A stretch of DNA of 64,000 nt from Gloeobacterales cyanobacterium (lineage in GTDB: Bacteria; Cyanobacteriota; Cyanobacteriia; Gloeobacterales; PMM-0068), in assembly GCA_038245785.1 (NCBI GenBank), contig JBBRSB010000002.1:64001-128000 (forward strand). Direction: 5' to 3'. The translations under genes were made by a program, and so were the position numbers. This document shows positions 9,931 to 19,475 of this stretch, piece after piece. The stretch's first letter is position 1. Each line of letters begins with the position of its first letter. The notes beneath the pieces were generated by a model. The model was not told the origin of the DNA, did no database searches, and worked only from the letters and a program-made list of their open reading frames with translations.

Positions 9931-10233
9931 TCACTCTTTTCCTCCCACATAGAGCAAGGGGAGCGCCAATGGCGGCCCCGCAAGAAAGGTGTCAGTCTTA
10001 TCGCGGATAGCTGCATAACCAGGAGCAGATTCGTGTGTCTCCTTAGCTTGCGCATCACGATAACGTTCATACACCAGCACCGTATCCGGTTCGACAGGAG
10101 AGACATGGATGGTGAAAACTTCTGTCCCCGCTTCATCGGCATAGGATTCACTGGCTTGCACTAAATGTATAGCGAGTTCATTCCTCATCCCAGGTTTCGC
10201 TCTGAACTGCAGAAATACGCCTATTTTGTCCAT
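9931..10233 (-). CDS. antibiotic-biosynthesis/quinol monooxygenase (ABM) family protein
   Basis: AKPG, EAGT, VLVYERY.D..A...H motifs. Confidence 0.85.
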   Translation of the reverse strand: MDKIGVFLQFRAKPGMRNELAIHLVQASESYADEAGTEVFTIHVSPVEPDTVLVYERYRDAQAKETHESAPGYAAIRDKTDTFLAGPPLALPLLYVGGKE

Positions 10234-10550
10234 GATGGGCTCCCTAAACTTACAAAGATCTGCTGAGAGGCTGCGTTGCCTACAGAAATAGCCTTCATCA
10301 GACTACTCTAGAGAGAAGTTTAGTTGTGTTTGGAGACTAGAGAATTTTGGACCTTGGTCTCCGAGATATCGGTAATAAGCGGAGGCGCACACTGGCAAAG
10401 TGGAATTGTCTAGGGTGATTTGGTAGGCTGAGATGGTTGAGGAACATTTCGCTGACTAATTGGCTAGTCTGTCCGCGCAGCCCTTTACCAACCTGCTAGC
10501 ATGGATTTATCTTAGTTACTCAATTCATTAGATCCTGAGAGGGATGGCTC

Positions 10551-11198
10551 ATGGCAGTCCTAGACTATAAAAAAGTTATTGCTACTGCAACAGCTCAAGA
10601 GCGTTGGCTCAATACTGATGAACTTGAGAAAGCAACAGCTTCTTTGAATGCAGCAACAAGTTTAACTATAAATAGAGAAAGTTTGGCTAGAGGTGCAGCT
10701 CAAGCAGTCATTCATCAACACCCTTGGCATTTATCAACGAAAGAAAGTTTGGCTAAGTTCGTCCAAGATATAGACTACTCCCTACGGTACATTTCCTATT
10801 GCCTGGTAGTCGGTGGAACTGGTCCCATTGATGATATGTTCGCGGATTGTCATACCTATGACCTATCGACAGAATGTTCCTTAGATGCCCTGAAATATGT
10901 AAAAGCCAATCATGGTCTGACTGGCCAAGAAGCCGTTGAAACTGATGCTTACATTGATTATCTTATGAATGCACTTAATCTCCATCTTTTCGAGGCCATC
11001 GATAAGAGAGAGAAATCAGAAAATATTGAGATTCTCGGTTCTTTGGAAGAGAATGAAATGGATTTGGGGGTTGAGCAAGATATCGTAGTAACCATGCCTC
11101 CTATTTCTCGCAGAAAAGTGATACTACATGTCAAGCAAATAAGCATGGCAAAGCCAAAAGTTGTTTTTGATGAAGTTGCTGATAGTTATTCGCGTTGA
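10551..11198 (+). CDS. phycocyanin-alpha-like domain fused to a C-terminal extension of unknown function
   Basis: GAAQAV, DIDYSLR, YCLVVGGTGPIDD, ALKYVKANHGLTGQ, YIDYLMNAL; F at the chromophore Cys84 position; ~70-aa extra tail. Confidence 0.8.
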   Translation: MAVLDYKKVIATATAQERWLNTDELEKATASLNAATSLTINRESLARGAAQAVIHQHPWHLSTKESLAKFVQDIDYSLRYISYCLVVGGTGPIDDMFADCHTYDLSTECSLDALKYVKANHGLTGQEAVETDAYIDYLMNALNLHLFEAIDKREKSENIEILGSLEENEMDLGVEQDIVVTMPPISRRKVILHVKQISMAKPKVVFDEVADSYSR

Positions 11199-11261
11199 TA
11201 TTATATTGCTTTTATTTTCGTGAAACCTAAGACCTATTAGATTAGAAAGGTGAGGAGCTGA

Positions 11262-11785
11262 GTGGGATATCCTTGGTATGAGGTAGTGGAAAATGATGGG
11301 AGTTTACAGCAAGGAGATTTTCTGGAAAGCTGTCCAGTAGTTGTTCCCTTGTTCATCCCTGATTCCTCTACTAAAGAGCTTGAAGCAGAGATACTGGAAT
11401 ACAACGTAGTAGTGATGAGTCAATCTTGTGATTTGGAACAGGAGAAGCTTGATCTAGTTCTTGTTTGTCCCCATTGGTCTTTAGACGCAATAGGCGAGCA
11501 GAACCAATACTTCAAGTCCTCTAAAGGGAAAGAAGAACTCAGGCGTGGGAACCTGCCTGGCTACCACATGCTGGCCTCTTGTGAGCTATCGGGATTGAAT
11601 CGTGATATTCAGGTCGTTGACTTTCGAAATATTTACAGCCTTCCTTGTTCATTTTTGAAACTATTTTATCTAGGAATGGAAAACGGCTACGGCTTTTGCC
11701 TCCCTACAGAGAGCACCTCTCCCAATCTTTCGCTCGTTTCTTTATGCGCGTTGGCCTTCCTGGAAACATTCCACCCTTTAGGTAA
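11262..11785 (+). pseudogene. frameshifted 'QGD/SQSCD' family protein (putative toxin)
   Basis: YPWY..LQQGD..VVMSQSCDL..VDFR in frame 0; the conserved tail RLRLLPPYREHLSQSFARFFMRVGLP continues in the -1 frame from ~11665 to TAA 11785. Confidence 0.75.
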
Positions 11786-11796
11786 CAAACGGACTC

Positions 11797-13482
11797 TTAG
11801 TAACCGCCTACCTGACCATCTTTGCGCATTTCAGAAGCCCCATGATAAACCCGATTCACTCGGTCCCAGAGAATCGCCTGATAGCCGCCAAAATTACCCG
11901 GTGAAGCCTGCAAACGATGTCCCCGAAGCTCTAGTTCTGCCCGGACTTCTGCTGGAATTCCACTTTCCAGGGCAAGCGCTCCACCATCAATCATCAAGCG
12001 TCCGTCTGGGTCATGATCCTCAAAATGATAGTACCTGGCGGCATCTCCGGCTTCCTGAACATCCATACCGAAGTCGATGATATTGCAGAGAATCTGTACA
12101 TGTCCCTGCGGTTGCATATCGGCTCCCATGACGCCCATGCTCAGGAAGGGTTCTCCATCTTTTAGGACGAAGGCTGGAATGATCGTGTGAAAAGGTCGCT
12201 TTGCCGGAGCGTAAACGTTGGCATGTCCTGCTTGCAGCGTAAACTGGGCTCCTCGATTTTGAAACATGAAGCCTAATCCGTCTGGGACCAAACCACTGCC
12301 CATTCCCGCATAGTTACTCTGTATCAGCGAAACGATCATGCCCTGAGCGTCCGCCACGCTTAGATAAATTGTGTCACTTCCCTTTGGACTGCCTGCACTT
12401 AACTGGGTTTGTGCCTTTTGTTGGTCTATCTGCTGTCTGCGTACCGCTGCATATTCTTTGGATAAAAGCTCTGCCATAGGAATCTGGCTGAATTCAGGGT
12501 CTGCATAGAAACGGGCTCGGTCCGCAAAGGCTAATTTCTTCGCTTCTATCTGGAGATGTAGATAATCTGCGCAGTTGTGCCCTAATCGCCCAAGGTCAAA
12601 GCCTTCTAAGATATTCAGCATTTGGAGGGCCGCTATACCCTGGCCATTGGGTGGTAATTCATATACGTCATAGCCTCGGTAGTTCACAGAGACAGGAGAG
12701 ACCCAACTAGTGGTGTGTTGTTCAAAATCTTCTTTAATCAAGTAGCTTCCCACTCGACTCAGATAGGCTGCCATTTTGTCTGCCAGTTCACCCCGATAAA
12801 AAACCTCCCTTCCTCCGCGACCAATCCTGTCTAAAGTCTTTGCCAAATCTGGATTTTGGAAGACTTCCCCTTCGACTGGAGCACGCCCTTTGGGAGCAAA
12901 TGTTCGTCGGCAGTTATCCAGGGGAATGTGTGCACTTTCCTGTTCAAAACGTTGGATATTACTGGCCCAGGCAGCAGCAATCACTTTAGGGATAGGCACG
13001 CCTTCTTGGGCATAGCAAATGGTCGGGGCCAGGAGGGCTTGCATCGGCAGCTTGCCAAATCGCCCATGCAGTTCAAACCATCCATCTACCGCTCCAGGAA
13101 CAGTAAGCGGCAGAGGACCCAATAAAGGAATCTGTTCACAGCTTCCCACCAAGGTTTTCAGCATCGCATAGGACATTCCTTGCGGGGAACGCCCACTGCC
13201 ATTGAGTCCATAAAGATTACGGGTATTCGGGTCCCAAACGATGGCAAAAAGATCTCCACCCAACCCACATCCTGTAGGTTCCATAAGACCTAAGGCGGCA
13301 TTAGCAGCAATGGCTGCATCTACGGCTGTTCCACCCTGCTTGAGAATATCTAGAGCTACTTGGGTTGCTAAGGGATGACTCGTAGCCGCCATTCCATGCC
13401 GGGCAAGGACAGGACTGCGACTGGAAAAAAAACTGCCTGCGACGCGGTCACCACCGGGAGGAGAAAAGGGATTCATAGGCAT
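11797..13482 (-). CDS. ggt: gamma-glutamyltransferase
   Basis: GGTAVDAAIA, GLGGDLF, PPNGQG, DT nucleophile (GSDTIYL), KRPFHTIIP, MQPQGH. Confidence 0.93.
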   Translation of the reverse strand: MPMNPFSPPGGDRVAGSFFSSRSPVLARHGMAATSHPLATQVALDILKQGGTAVDAAIAANAALGLMEPTGCGLGGDLFAIVWDPNTRNLYGLNGSGRSPQGMSYAMLKTLVGSCEQIPLLGPLPLTVPGAVDGWFELHGRFGKLPMQALLAPTICYAQEGVPIPKVIAAAWASNIQRFEQESAHIPLDNCRRTFAPKGRAPVEGEVFQNPDLAKTLDRIGRGGREVFYRGELADKMAAYLSRVGSYLIKEDFEQHTTSWVSPVSVNYRGYDVYELPPNGQGIAALQMLNILEGFDLGRLGHNCADYLHLQIEAKKLAFADRARFYADPEFSQIPMAELLSKEYAAVRRQQIDQQKAQTQLSAGSPKGSDTIYLSVADAQGMIVSLIQSNYAGMGSGLVPDGLGFMFQNRGAQFTLQAGHANVYAPAKRPFHTIIPAFVLKDGEPFLSMGVMGADMQPQGHVQILCNIIDFGMDVQEAGDAARYYHFEDHDPDGRLMIDGGALALESGIPAEVRAELELRGHRLQASPGNFGGYQAILWDRVNRVYHGASEMRKDGQVGGY

Positions 13483-13545
13483 TCAAGATACAAGACAACC
13501 CCGAATAAGTCCTTCCAATCTATATGTAGAAGAAATTGCTTTTAC

Positions 13546-14403
13546 TTATTTAGCAAGAAAATCAAATCTAAAAAAATCTCGACTGCCCAATCTTTCCTTA
13601 AATATCTTGGCTCTTTCGCGAGCAGTAAACTTAAATTGCCCATCATTTTTATAGTGATGCAACCATTCGCTCGGAACAACTGATTTTGTCCAATCTATAT
13701 CCTCATCCAAAAACTTGTAATGTAAAAAATTATTCTGATTGTCAGCTCTAGCAGCTCGACGAGTCTCTAGTCGTAGCTGAATCTGCTCTGGGTCCCTATA
13801 TTGATAGTGACAATTCGGGATTCTATAACTACTTTTTCTGATTTTCTTGGAGCGCACGGGCATCATATAGCCTCTAGGGTGCTCAGTATCTATATGCTCA
13901 GGCCATACTAGGTCTTCACTAATGCGAAATAAACGTTGCTCAATATTAACAAAACGATAATAGCGCCGCCGTTGTGTAATGGGCTTATTGCGAGAATCAC
14001 TTCCTGAATGATACTCTTTCCAGTCTTTATCGGTGAAATAGAAGTTGTACTGTAATGTGTTGATTTGTTCGGCTCCTTCTCGCTCAGCAATCTTGATAGC
14101 TATGCGAGGATCTTCTACTAATAATTCATCCGCATCAAGAATATAAATCCAGTCTCCCGCAGAACAATTTGGCCGTATAGCATTGAAGACTTGAGCACGT
14201 AGACCTCCATAGAAAGAAACCTGTTCGCACCTAAAAGGAACTACAACTGAGTTATTAATTCGTCGAACTTTTTGCCAACTATCATCTATACTCCCCGTGT
14301 CGAAGATATAAATCTTATAACAGAATTGACTAGCATGGTATAGGGTCTGTGCAATAATGTCTCCCTCGTTTTTGACGAGACAAATTGCATGAATTTTCGC
14401 CAC
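13546..14403 (-). CDS. glycosyltransferase family 2-like protein
   Basis: ICLVKNEGD, DTGSID, LDADE (DxD); AT-rich; start could be TTG 14457. Confidence 0.85.
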   Translation of the reverse strand: MAKIHAICLVKNEGDIIAQTLYHASQFCYKIYIFDTGSIDDSWQKVRRINNSVVVPFRCEQVSFYGGLRAQVFNAIRPNCSAGDWIYILDADELLVEDPRIAIKIAEREGAEQINTLQYNFYFTDKDWKEYHSGSDSRNKPITQRRRYYRFVNIEQRLFRISEDLVWPEHIDTEHPRGYMMPVRSKKIRKSSYRIPNCHYQYRDPEQIQLRLETRRAARADNQNNFLHYKFLDEDIDWTKSVVPSEWLHHYKNDGQFKFTARERAKIFKERLGSRDFFRFDFLAK

Positions 14404-14505
14404 AACTGGACTCCAAACTGTGGAAGTTAAGACTATAAAACTAAATTTTCTTTGCAACTCAGTTCATATTCGTTAGTAGTAAATAATTTCCATAGGGAAA
14501 TTAAT

Positions 14506-14519
14506 GTATCAAAAGATAC
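14506..14519. promoter_or_regulatory. NtcA-type palindrome GTA-N8-TAC
   Basis: tGTATCAAAAGATACt upstream of the GT2 gene; no canonical -10 seen at +22. Confidence 0.4.
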
Positions 14520-14688
14520 TAGCAGAGACATTTCTGTATAAACACTTACGTAATATTACTTTCTTAGTTCTTTTAATATTGAAACTTGTTTGATGTTCAA
14601 GAGAAGTAGTTGTTTTCAAAACGAAGACAGGACCTCTTTAGCAACCGTAAAGTTCTTAAATTTTCGCTTTGGAATAGCTAAGCACGTC

Positions 14689-15903
14689 TCATTGTGCGCG
14701 CAAAGCTACAATCGGGTCTAAACGCGCTGCTTGACGGGCGGGGAAAATGCCAAAGAATAAACCAATACCTACCGAAACAGCGACGGCAAGAGCAACGGCA
14801 GGCCATCCCGCCCAAACCGTTAGGGGTGTGAACTGAGAGAGTAAGGCGCAGGCTCCGAGACCAATTACCGTGCCCATGATGCCTCCTGTGCCAGAAAGAG
14901 CGGCGGCTTCAATCACGAACTGGAGCAGAATATCTCGCTGCGTAGCACCAACCGCTTTACGAATGCCAATTTCACGAGTCCGTTCCCGCACCGATACGAG
15001 CATGATATTCATGATGCCGATGCCTCCTACCATCAGAGAAATACCTGCTGTCCCCGCGAGGAGAATCGTCAAGGCTCCAGTGATGTTACTAGCGGTTGAG
15101 ACTAAATCATTCTGAGAAGCAATCGTAAAATCATCTCCGCCTGAAGTAATGCGGTGACGTAAACGGAGGAGGTTAGTGATTTGAAAACGGGCTGCATCAC
15201 TTTTACCTTCAGCCGCTTCAACGCTGATGGATTGTACCGGAATCCCTTGCGGAGAAGTTTTTCCCACCAAGCGATTAGCTACTGTTGTCAAAGGGATAAA
15301 GACAAGGTCATCGAGATTCTGAAATAACGTGGTTCCTTTCTCAGCCATCACGCCAATAACGACAAAGTTCTCGTTGCCAACGCGGATGGTTTCGCCAACG
15401 GCAGAGCGCGTACCGAAGAGTTTGGTTTTGACCTCACTGCCGAGGAGCACTACACGACTATTGCGCCGGAGGTCTACCCAGGTAAAAAATTGACCTTGGG
15501 CTACCGAAAAATCTCGGACTGTTGGAAAAGAGGGCGTAGTTCCAATAACAGTGGTGGCTGTATTTTGTCCACGCCAAACTACAGGAGAACGGGTACTGAC
15601 GGCTGGTGCTAAATCCGCTACGGTCGGGACCTGTAACGCTACTGCTTCTGCATCGGCTACGGTCAAGGCAGTATTTTCCCGGCCCAGCCGTCGTTCTTCA
15701 ATAGCTCCCGGAAGAACGAATAGGAGATTGGCTCCTAAAGATTGAAACTGCTGGTCCGCATAGCTTTGAGCACCTCTTCCTAGACCAACCATCATGATTA
15801 CGGCGGCAATACCAATCGTAATACCCAGCGTTGTAAGCAGTGTGCGCAGGACATTACTCCTGAGCGTAAACCACGCCATGCGGGCGCTTTCAACAAAATC
15901 CAT
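14689..15903 (-). CDS. MacB/FtsX-family ABC permease
   Basis: RTLLTTLGITIG, VGGIGIMNIMLVSVRERTREIGIRKAVGA, PARQAARLDP. Confidence 0.93.
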   Translation of the reverse strand: MDFVESARMAWFTLRSNVLRTLLTTLGITIGIAAVIMMVGLGRGAQSYADQQFQSLGANLLFVLPGAIEERRLGRENTALTVADAEAVALQVPTVADLAPAVSTRSPVVWRGQNTATTVIGTTPSFPTVRDFSVAQGQFFTWVDLRRNSRVVLLGSEVKTKLFGTRSAVGETIRVGNENFVVIGVMAEKGTTLFQNLDDLVFIPLTTVANRLVGKTSPQGIPVQSISVEAAEGKSDAARFQITNLLRLRHRITSGGDDFTIASQNDLVSTASNITGALTILLAGTAGISLMVGGIGIMNIMLVSVRERTREIGIRKAVGATQRDILLQFVIEAAALSGTGGIMGTVIGLGACALLSQFTPLTVWAGWPAVALAVAVSVGIGLFFGIFPARQAARLDPIVALRAQ

Positions 15904-15995
15904 AGGTTGGCTGGGGGTAAGAAAGGCTTTGTCTTCAACGCTAACATGCTCCTATAAGGGCTTCTCTAAACACCACTCGATTAAAAGGAGTTGCT

Positions 15996-16892
15996 GTGAC
16001 CCTAAAGACGACGACTGAACAAACGAAGATTGGTTTGATGGGGACAGGACTGATGGGCTTGCCGATGGCGCAGCGACTTCATGGACTGCAGCAACCTCTC
16101 ATGGTTTTTAATCGCACTCCAGAGAAACTGGAGTCCCTAAGGCAGACAGAGATTGAGATTGCGCCCTCCGTGTCAGAGTTGCTGCAAGAATGCGGAGTCG
16201 TACTGCTGATGCTCAGTAATGCACAGGCCATTCGTGAAGTATTGCTTTCTGAGACGGCTCGTCCCCATCTCGCAAACCGGGCGGTGATCCAGATGGGAAC
16301 TATCTCCCCCAGCGAAAGTAGAGATATTCAAGCTGAAATCACGGCGGAGGGAGGAGATTATCTAGAAGCTCCTGTTTTAGGCAGTATTTCAGAGGTTGAG
16401 GCGGGTAAGTTGATGGTAATGGTAGGAAGTTCCCCTGCACAGTTTCAGGAATGGTCTGCGCTCCTGAAAAATTTTGGTCCAGAACCGATTTTGGTGGGGC
16501 CTGTTGGTACCGCTGCCGCTCTGAAATTATCGCTCAATCAACTGATTAGCTCGCTTACAACTGCTTTTGCCACCAGTTTAGGGTTTGTCCAACGCCAGGG
16601 TGTTGACGTGGAGGTCTTTATGAACATCCTTCGCCAGAGTGCACTCTATGCCCCAACCTTTGATAAGAAGTTACAGCGGATGTTGGACCATGACTATGCA
16701 AATCCTAACTTTTCAACCAAGCACCTACTTAAAGATACGAACCTGTTTCTAAAGGAGGCACAGGATTGCGGGCTACAGGTTGACAGCCTGATCGGGGTTC
16801 GTAAAATCTTGGAAACAGCCTGTGATCTCGGCTTGGCAGAGGAAGATTATGCAGCTCTATTTGCTGTGGTTAGTCCCGAGGAATCTAGCTAG
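15996..16892 (+). CDS. beta-hydroxyacid (3-hydroxyisobutyrate-family) dehydrogenase
   Basis: GTGLMGLPMA, FNRT, EAPVLGS, catalytic K in ALKLSLNQ. Confidence 0.9.
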   Translation: MTLKTTTEQTKIGLMGTGLMGLPMAQRLHGLQQPLMVFNRTPEKLESLRQTEIEIAPSVSELLQECGVVLLMLSNAQAIREVLLSETARPHLANRAVIQMGTISPSESRDIQAEITAEGGDYLEAPVLGSISEVEAGKLMVMVGSSPAQFQEWSALLKNFGPEPILVGPVGTAAALKLSLNQLISSLTTAFATSLGFVQRQGVDVEVFMNILRQSALYAPTFDKKLQRMLDHDYANPNFSTKHLLKDTNLFLKEAQDCGLQVDSLIGVRKILETACDLGLAEEDYAALFAVVSPEESS

Positions 16893-16913
16893 AACGTTTA
16901 ACAGCACTTCTAC

Positions 16914-17342
16914 TTAGTATGGCAACAAAAGATTATCTGATTCATCAAACTCAAAGAATGGATTCCAGGCTACTTCCCATAGATGACCATCCAAGTCAGT
17001 GAAGTATCCGCTATAGCCGCCCCAAAATACCTTTTCTGCCTTTCTGACAATCTTGGCGCCTAACTGTTCAACAGTGTTTAGGACTTCATCCACTTCTTCT
17101 TGCGTTTTTGCATTGTGGGCAAGCGTTATTCCTGAAAATCCGCTGCCCTCTGCACTAACCGTTATGTCTTCAGCCAGTTTTTCCCATGGATATAGAGCAA
17201 GAATGATTCCACCTAGGGGGAAAAATGCAATATCTTCTTGACTTTCGCTAGAGGGCTTCCAGCCCAAACCATTCTTGTAGAAACTCAGCGCTCGCTCAAA
17301 ATCTTTGACCCCTAGGGTGATAATGTTTAGCTTTTGTCTCAT
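16914..17342 (-). CDS. VOC/glyoxalase family protein
   Basis: ITLGVKD, FWGGYSGYFTDLDGHLWEVAWNP. Confidence 0.92.
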   Translation of the reverse strand: MRQKLNIITLGVKDFERALSFYKNGLGWKPSSESQEDIAFFPLGGIILALYPWEKLAEDITVSAEGSGFSGITLAHNAKTQEEVDEVLNTVEQLGAKIVRKAEKVFWGGYSGYFTDLDGHLWEVAWNPFFEFDESDNLLLPY

Positions 17343-17498
17343 ACCGCTGACCTATTTGTACAAAATCTGTTATTCGCAAAATAGAGCCTATTCCACGGGT
17401 TGGACCCTAGGAGAAATGAGTTTTAACACTTTTCGCGCACCATGGGACGGCATAGGGGCGCTACTATAGCTGGATTGAGTCTGAAGGAGCTTATCAAG

Positions 17499-18251
17499 AT
17501 GACCCACGCTCTGCGTACCGCCCTCAGCCAAGGTCGGGCTGTAAAGATTATTTCGGGTTTGCACAACTTTGATCCCGCTCAGGTATCCCGTGTAGTTCGG
17601 GCTGCCGACCAAGGAAGAGCTACCTTTGTCGATATTGCCTGCTCCCCTGAGTTGGTGAAATTGGCTAAGAGCTTGACCGAATTACCTGTTTGCGTCTCTG
17701 CCGTAGACCCGGATGCGCTGGGGGAAGCCGTCCAGCAGGGAGCAGACCTTGTAGAGATTGGCAACTTCGACAGCTTCTATCCCAAAGGCCGTATCTTCGG
17801 TGCGGAAGAAGTCTTAGCGCTCACGGTTGCCACCCGTAAACTTATCCCAGTTCGGACCCTCCTTTCTGTAACTGTGCCCCATATCTTGGCTCTGGATGAG
17901 CAAGCTGCTTTAGCCATGAAATTAGTGGCTGCTGGAGCAGATATTATCCAAACCGAAGGGGGAACCAGCAGTCGTCCCGTAAGCCCTGGAACCTTGGGCT
18001 TGATTGAAAAAGCGGCTCCTACCTTGGCAGCTGTTTATGAAATCAGTCAGGCGGTTTCTGTGCCTGTACTCTGCGCCTCTGGTCTTTCCACGGCCACGAT
18101 TCCTATGGCCTTGGCTTCAGGAGCTTCTGGCGTAGGTATCGGTTCTGCTGTGAATAAGCTTACCGATGAATTGGCGATGACGGTCACGGTCCGCGCTTTG
18201 GTGGAAGCAGTGGAAATGTTCTACTGTCCTATGGCCCAGCCGATCTTGTAA
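17499..18251 (+). CDS. DUF561 / Ycf23 family protein
   Basis: KIISGLHNFD, EIGNFDSFY, IIQTEGGTS, LCASGLS. Confidence 0.9.
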   Translation: MTHALRTALSQGRAVKIISGLHNFDPAQVSRVVRAADQGRATFVDIACSPELVKLAKSLTELPVCVSAVDPDALGEAVQQGADLVEIGNFDSFYPKGRIFGAEEVLALTVATRKLIPVRTLLSVTVPHILALDEQAALAMKLVAAGADIIQTEGGTSSRPVSPGTLGLIEKAAPTLAAVYEISQAVSVPVLCASGLSTATIPMALASGASGVGIGSAVNKLTDELAMTVTVRALVEAVEMFYCPMAQPIL

Positions 18252-18296
18252 ATGCTGTTGCGGGCATGCACCTACAGTGTACACAGATCTCGGAAA

Positions 18297-18409
18297 CGCC
18301 CCCCTGCCCCCAACTTTGGGGGGTTCTATGTGCAAAGTCCCCAGAATACTCTGCGAGAGCTTTGCTATGGGGGATTTAGGCTTCCCTGAGCGTCAGCCGA
18401 ACGGGGGCG
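18297..18409 (+). repeat. REP/SDR-like element, family A, with two inserts
   Basis: CCCCCTGCCCCCAACTTTGGGGG...CCCCAGAAT[insert]TGGGGGATTTA[insert]GGGGGC; matches copies at 39835, 43973, 53795. Confidence 0.85.
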
Positions 18410-18463
18410 GTTTAGATGAAGAGATAAACTGGTCTGGACTTATGTACACTCTATATTTTTGAT

Positions 18464-18796
18464 ATGAAACAACTTTCTGTCTTAGAACTGAAGCGCATTC
18501 TGGATGAAAAACCAGAAGGAGTGCAGCTTGTAGATGTGCGAGAGCCTGATGAAGTGGCTTTTGCTTCCCTGCCTGGTTTTCAAAATTTCCCCATGAGTAT
18601 GTATTACGGCAACGAAGAAGCCCTTATAGAGGCTCTAGATCCCCATCAACCTACGGTAGTCCTCTGTCACCACGGGGTACGCTCATTGCATATGGGGAGT
18701 TTCTTGAATCAGCACGGATTCACAGACCTCTACAATGTAGAGGGGGGCATAGATGCGTATACCTTGGAAGCCGATTCTTCAATTCCTCGCTACTGA
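18464..18796 (+). CDS. rhodanese-like sulfurtransferase
   Basis: LVDVREPDE, CHHGVRS, NVEGGIDAY. Confidence 0.92.
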   Translation: MKQLSVLELKRILDEKPEGVQLVDVREPDEVAFASLPGFQNFPMSMYYGNEEALIEALDPHQPTVVLCHHGVRSLHMGSFLNQHGFTDLYNVEGGIDAYTLEADSSIPRY

Positions 18797-19343
18797 AGCC
18801 TGCCTGCTCCTCGGGCTTTTGACGGTTACGCTCAATCCTGGAAACACTTTTCCGCTTGAGGGGCAGGTGTCTCTCCAAGGACCCGAAGGTCCTGTCCCTG
18901 CTGAAAGTGGTGCTGTTTTTGTAGTAGAAGGAACCCCTGAAAATCGAGCCTTGTTCAAGGGCCTTGCCGATGGAGCCAAACGTTCACGGGTTAATCGTTC
19001 ACAATCAGTTGTTGGCCTACATCCCAACGATCCAAAAGCTCTCCATAAGTTCAATAGCAACAGTGGACGGCTCACGGGACTTTTGACCAGGATCGTATCG
19101 CTGGCCCGTGAACGGGCAGTACTGAATATAGCCGTTGCGCAGGGTGCATTCTCTGCAACGAAGGAAGTCCATGAACCGATTGTGGTAGTGGTTGCTCAGG
19201 TGGGAGCAGCTCTTGGCTGGTGGATGAGCGATACCCCAGAAGTTCCTTATACCTTTGATGAAGAACGCGCACTCTATCGTCAAGGAACTGTTATGTCCCA
19301 AGAACAGTCAGATCTTGCAAAAGCGCAAGGGATTGAGCCTTAA
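18753..19343 (+). CDS. hypothetical protein, possibly exported
   Basis: 196-aa ORF with hydrophobic N-terminus filling the gap before ado. Confidence 0.5.
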   Translation: MRIPWKPILQFLATEACLLLGLLTVTLNPGNTFPLEGQVSLQGPEGPVPAESGAVFVVEGTPENRALFKGLADGAKRSRVNRSQSVVGLHPNDPKALHKFNSNSGRLTGLLTRIVSLARERAVLNIAVAQGAFSATKEVHEPIVVVVAQVGAALGWWMSDTPEVPYTFDEERALYRQGTVMSQEQSDLAKAQGIEP

Positions 19344-19475
19344 AGCCTTAAAACTGGATTCATAGGTTTTCTGCGCAATCTTTTGTAATATAAGTAATCG
19401 GCTGTTTACACCCGTAGCTCCAGAGCAATGGAACGACAGGTGGACTAAAGCCAGGGTATCCTGAATATATACGCA

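Noticed and set aside
11786..12080. C-terminal part of the 272-aa track ORF overlapping ggt
   Set aside because: Out-of-frame run-on after the frameshift; it is antisense to ggt.
18277..18462. Short ORFs over repeat elements (also 39742-40098, 53754-53954, 30824-31067)
   Set aside because: They are translations of palindromic repeats and have no protein motifs.
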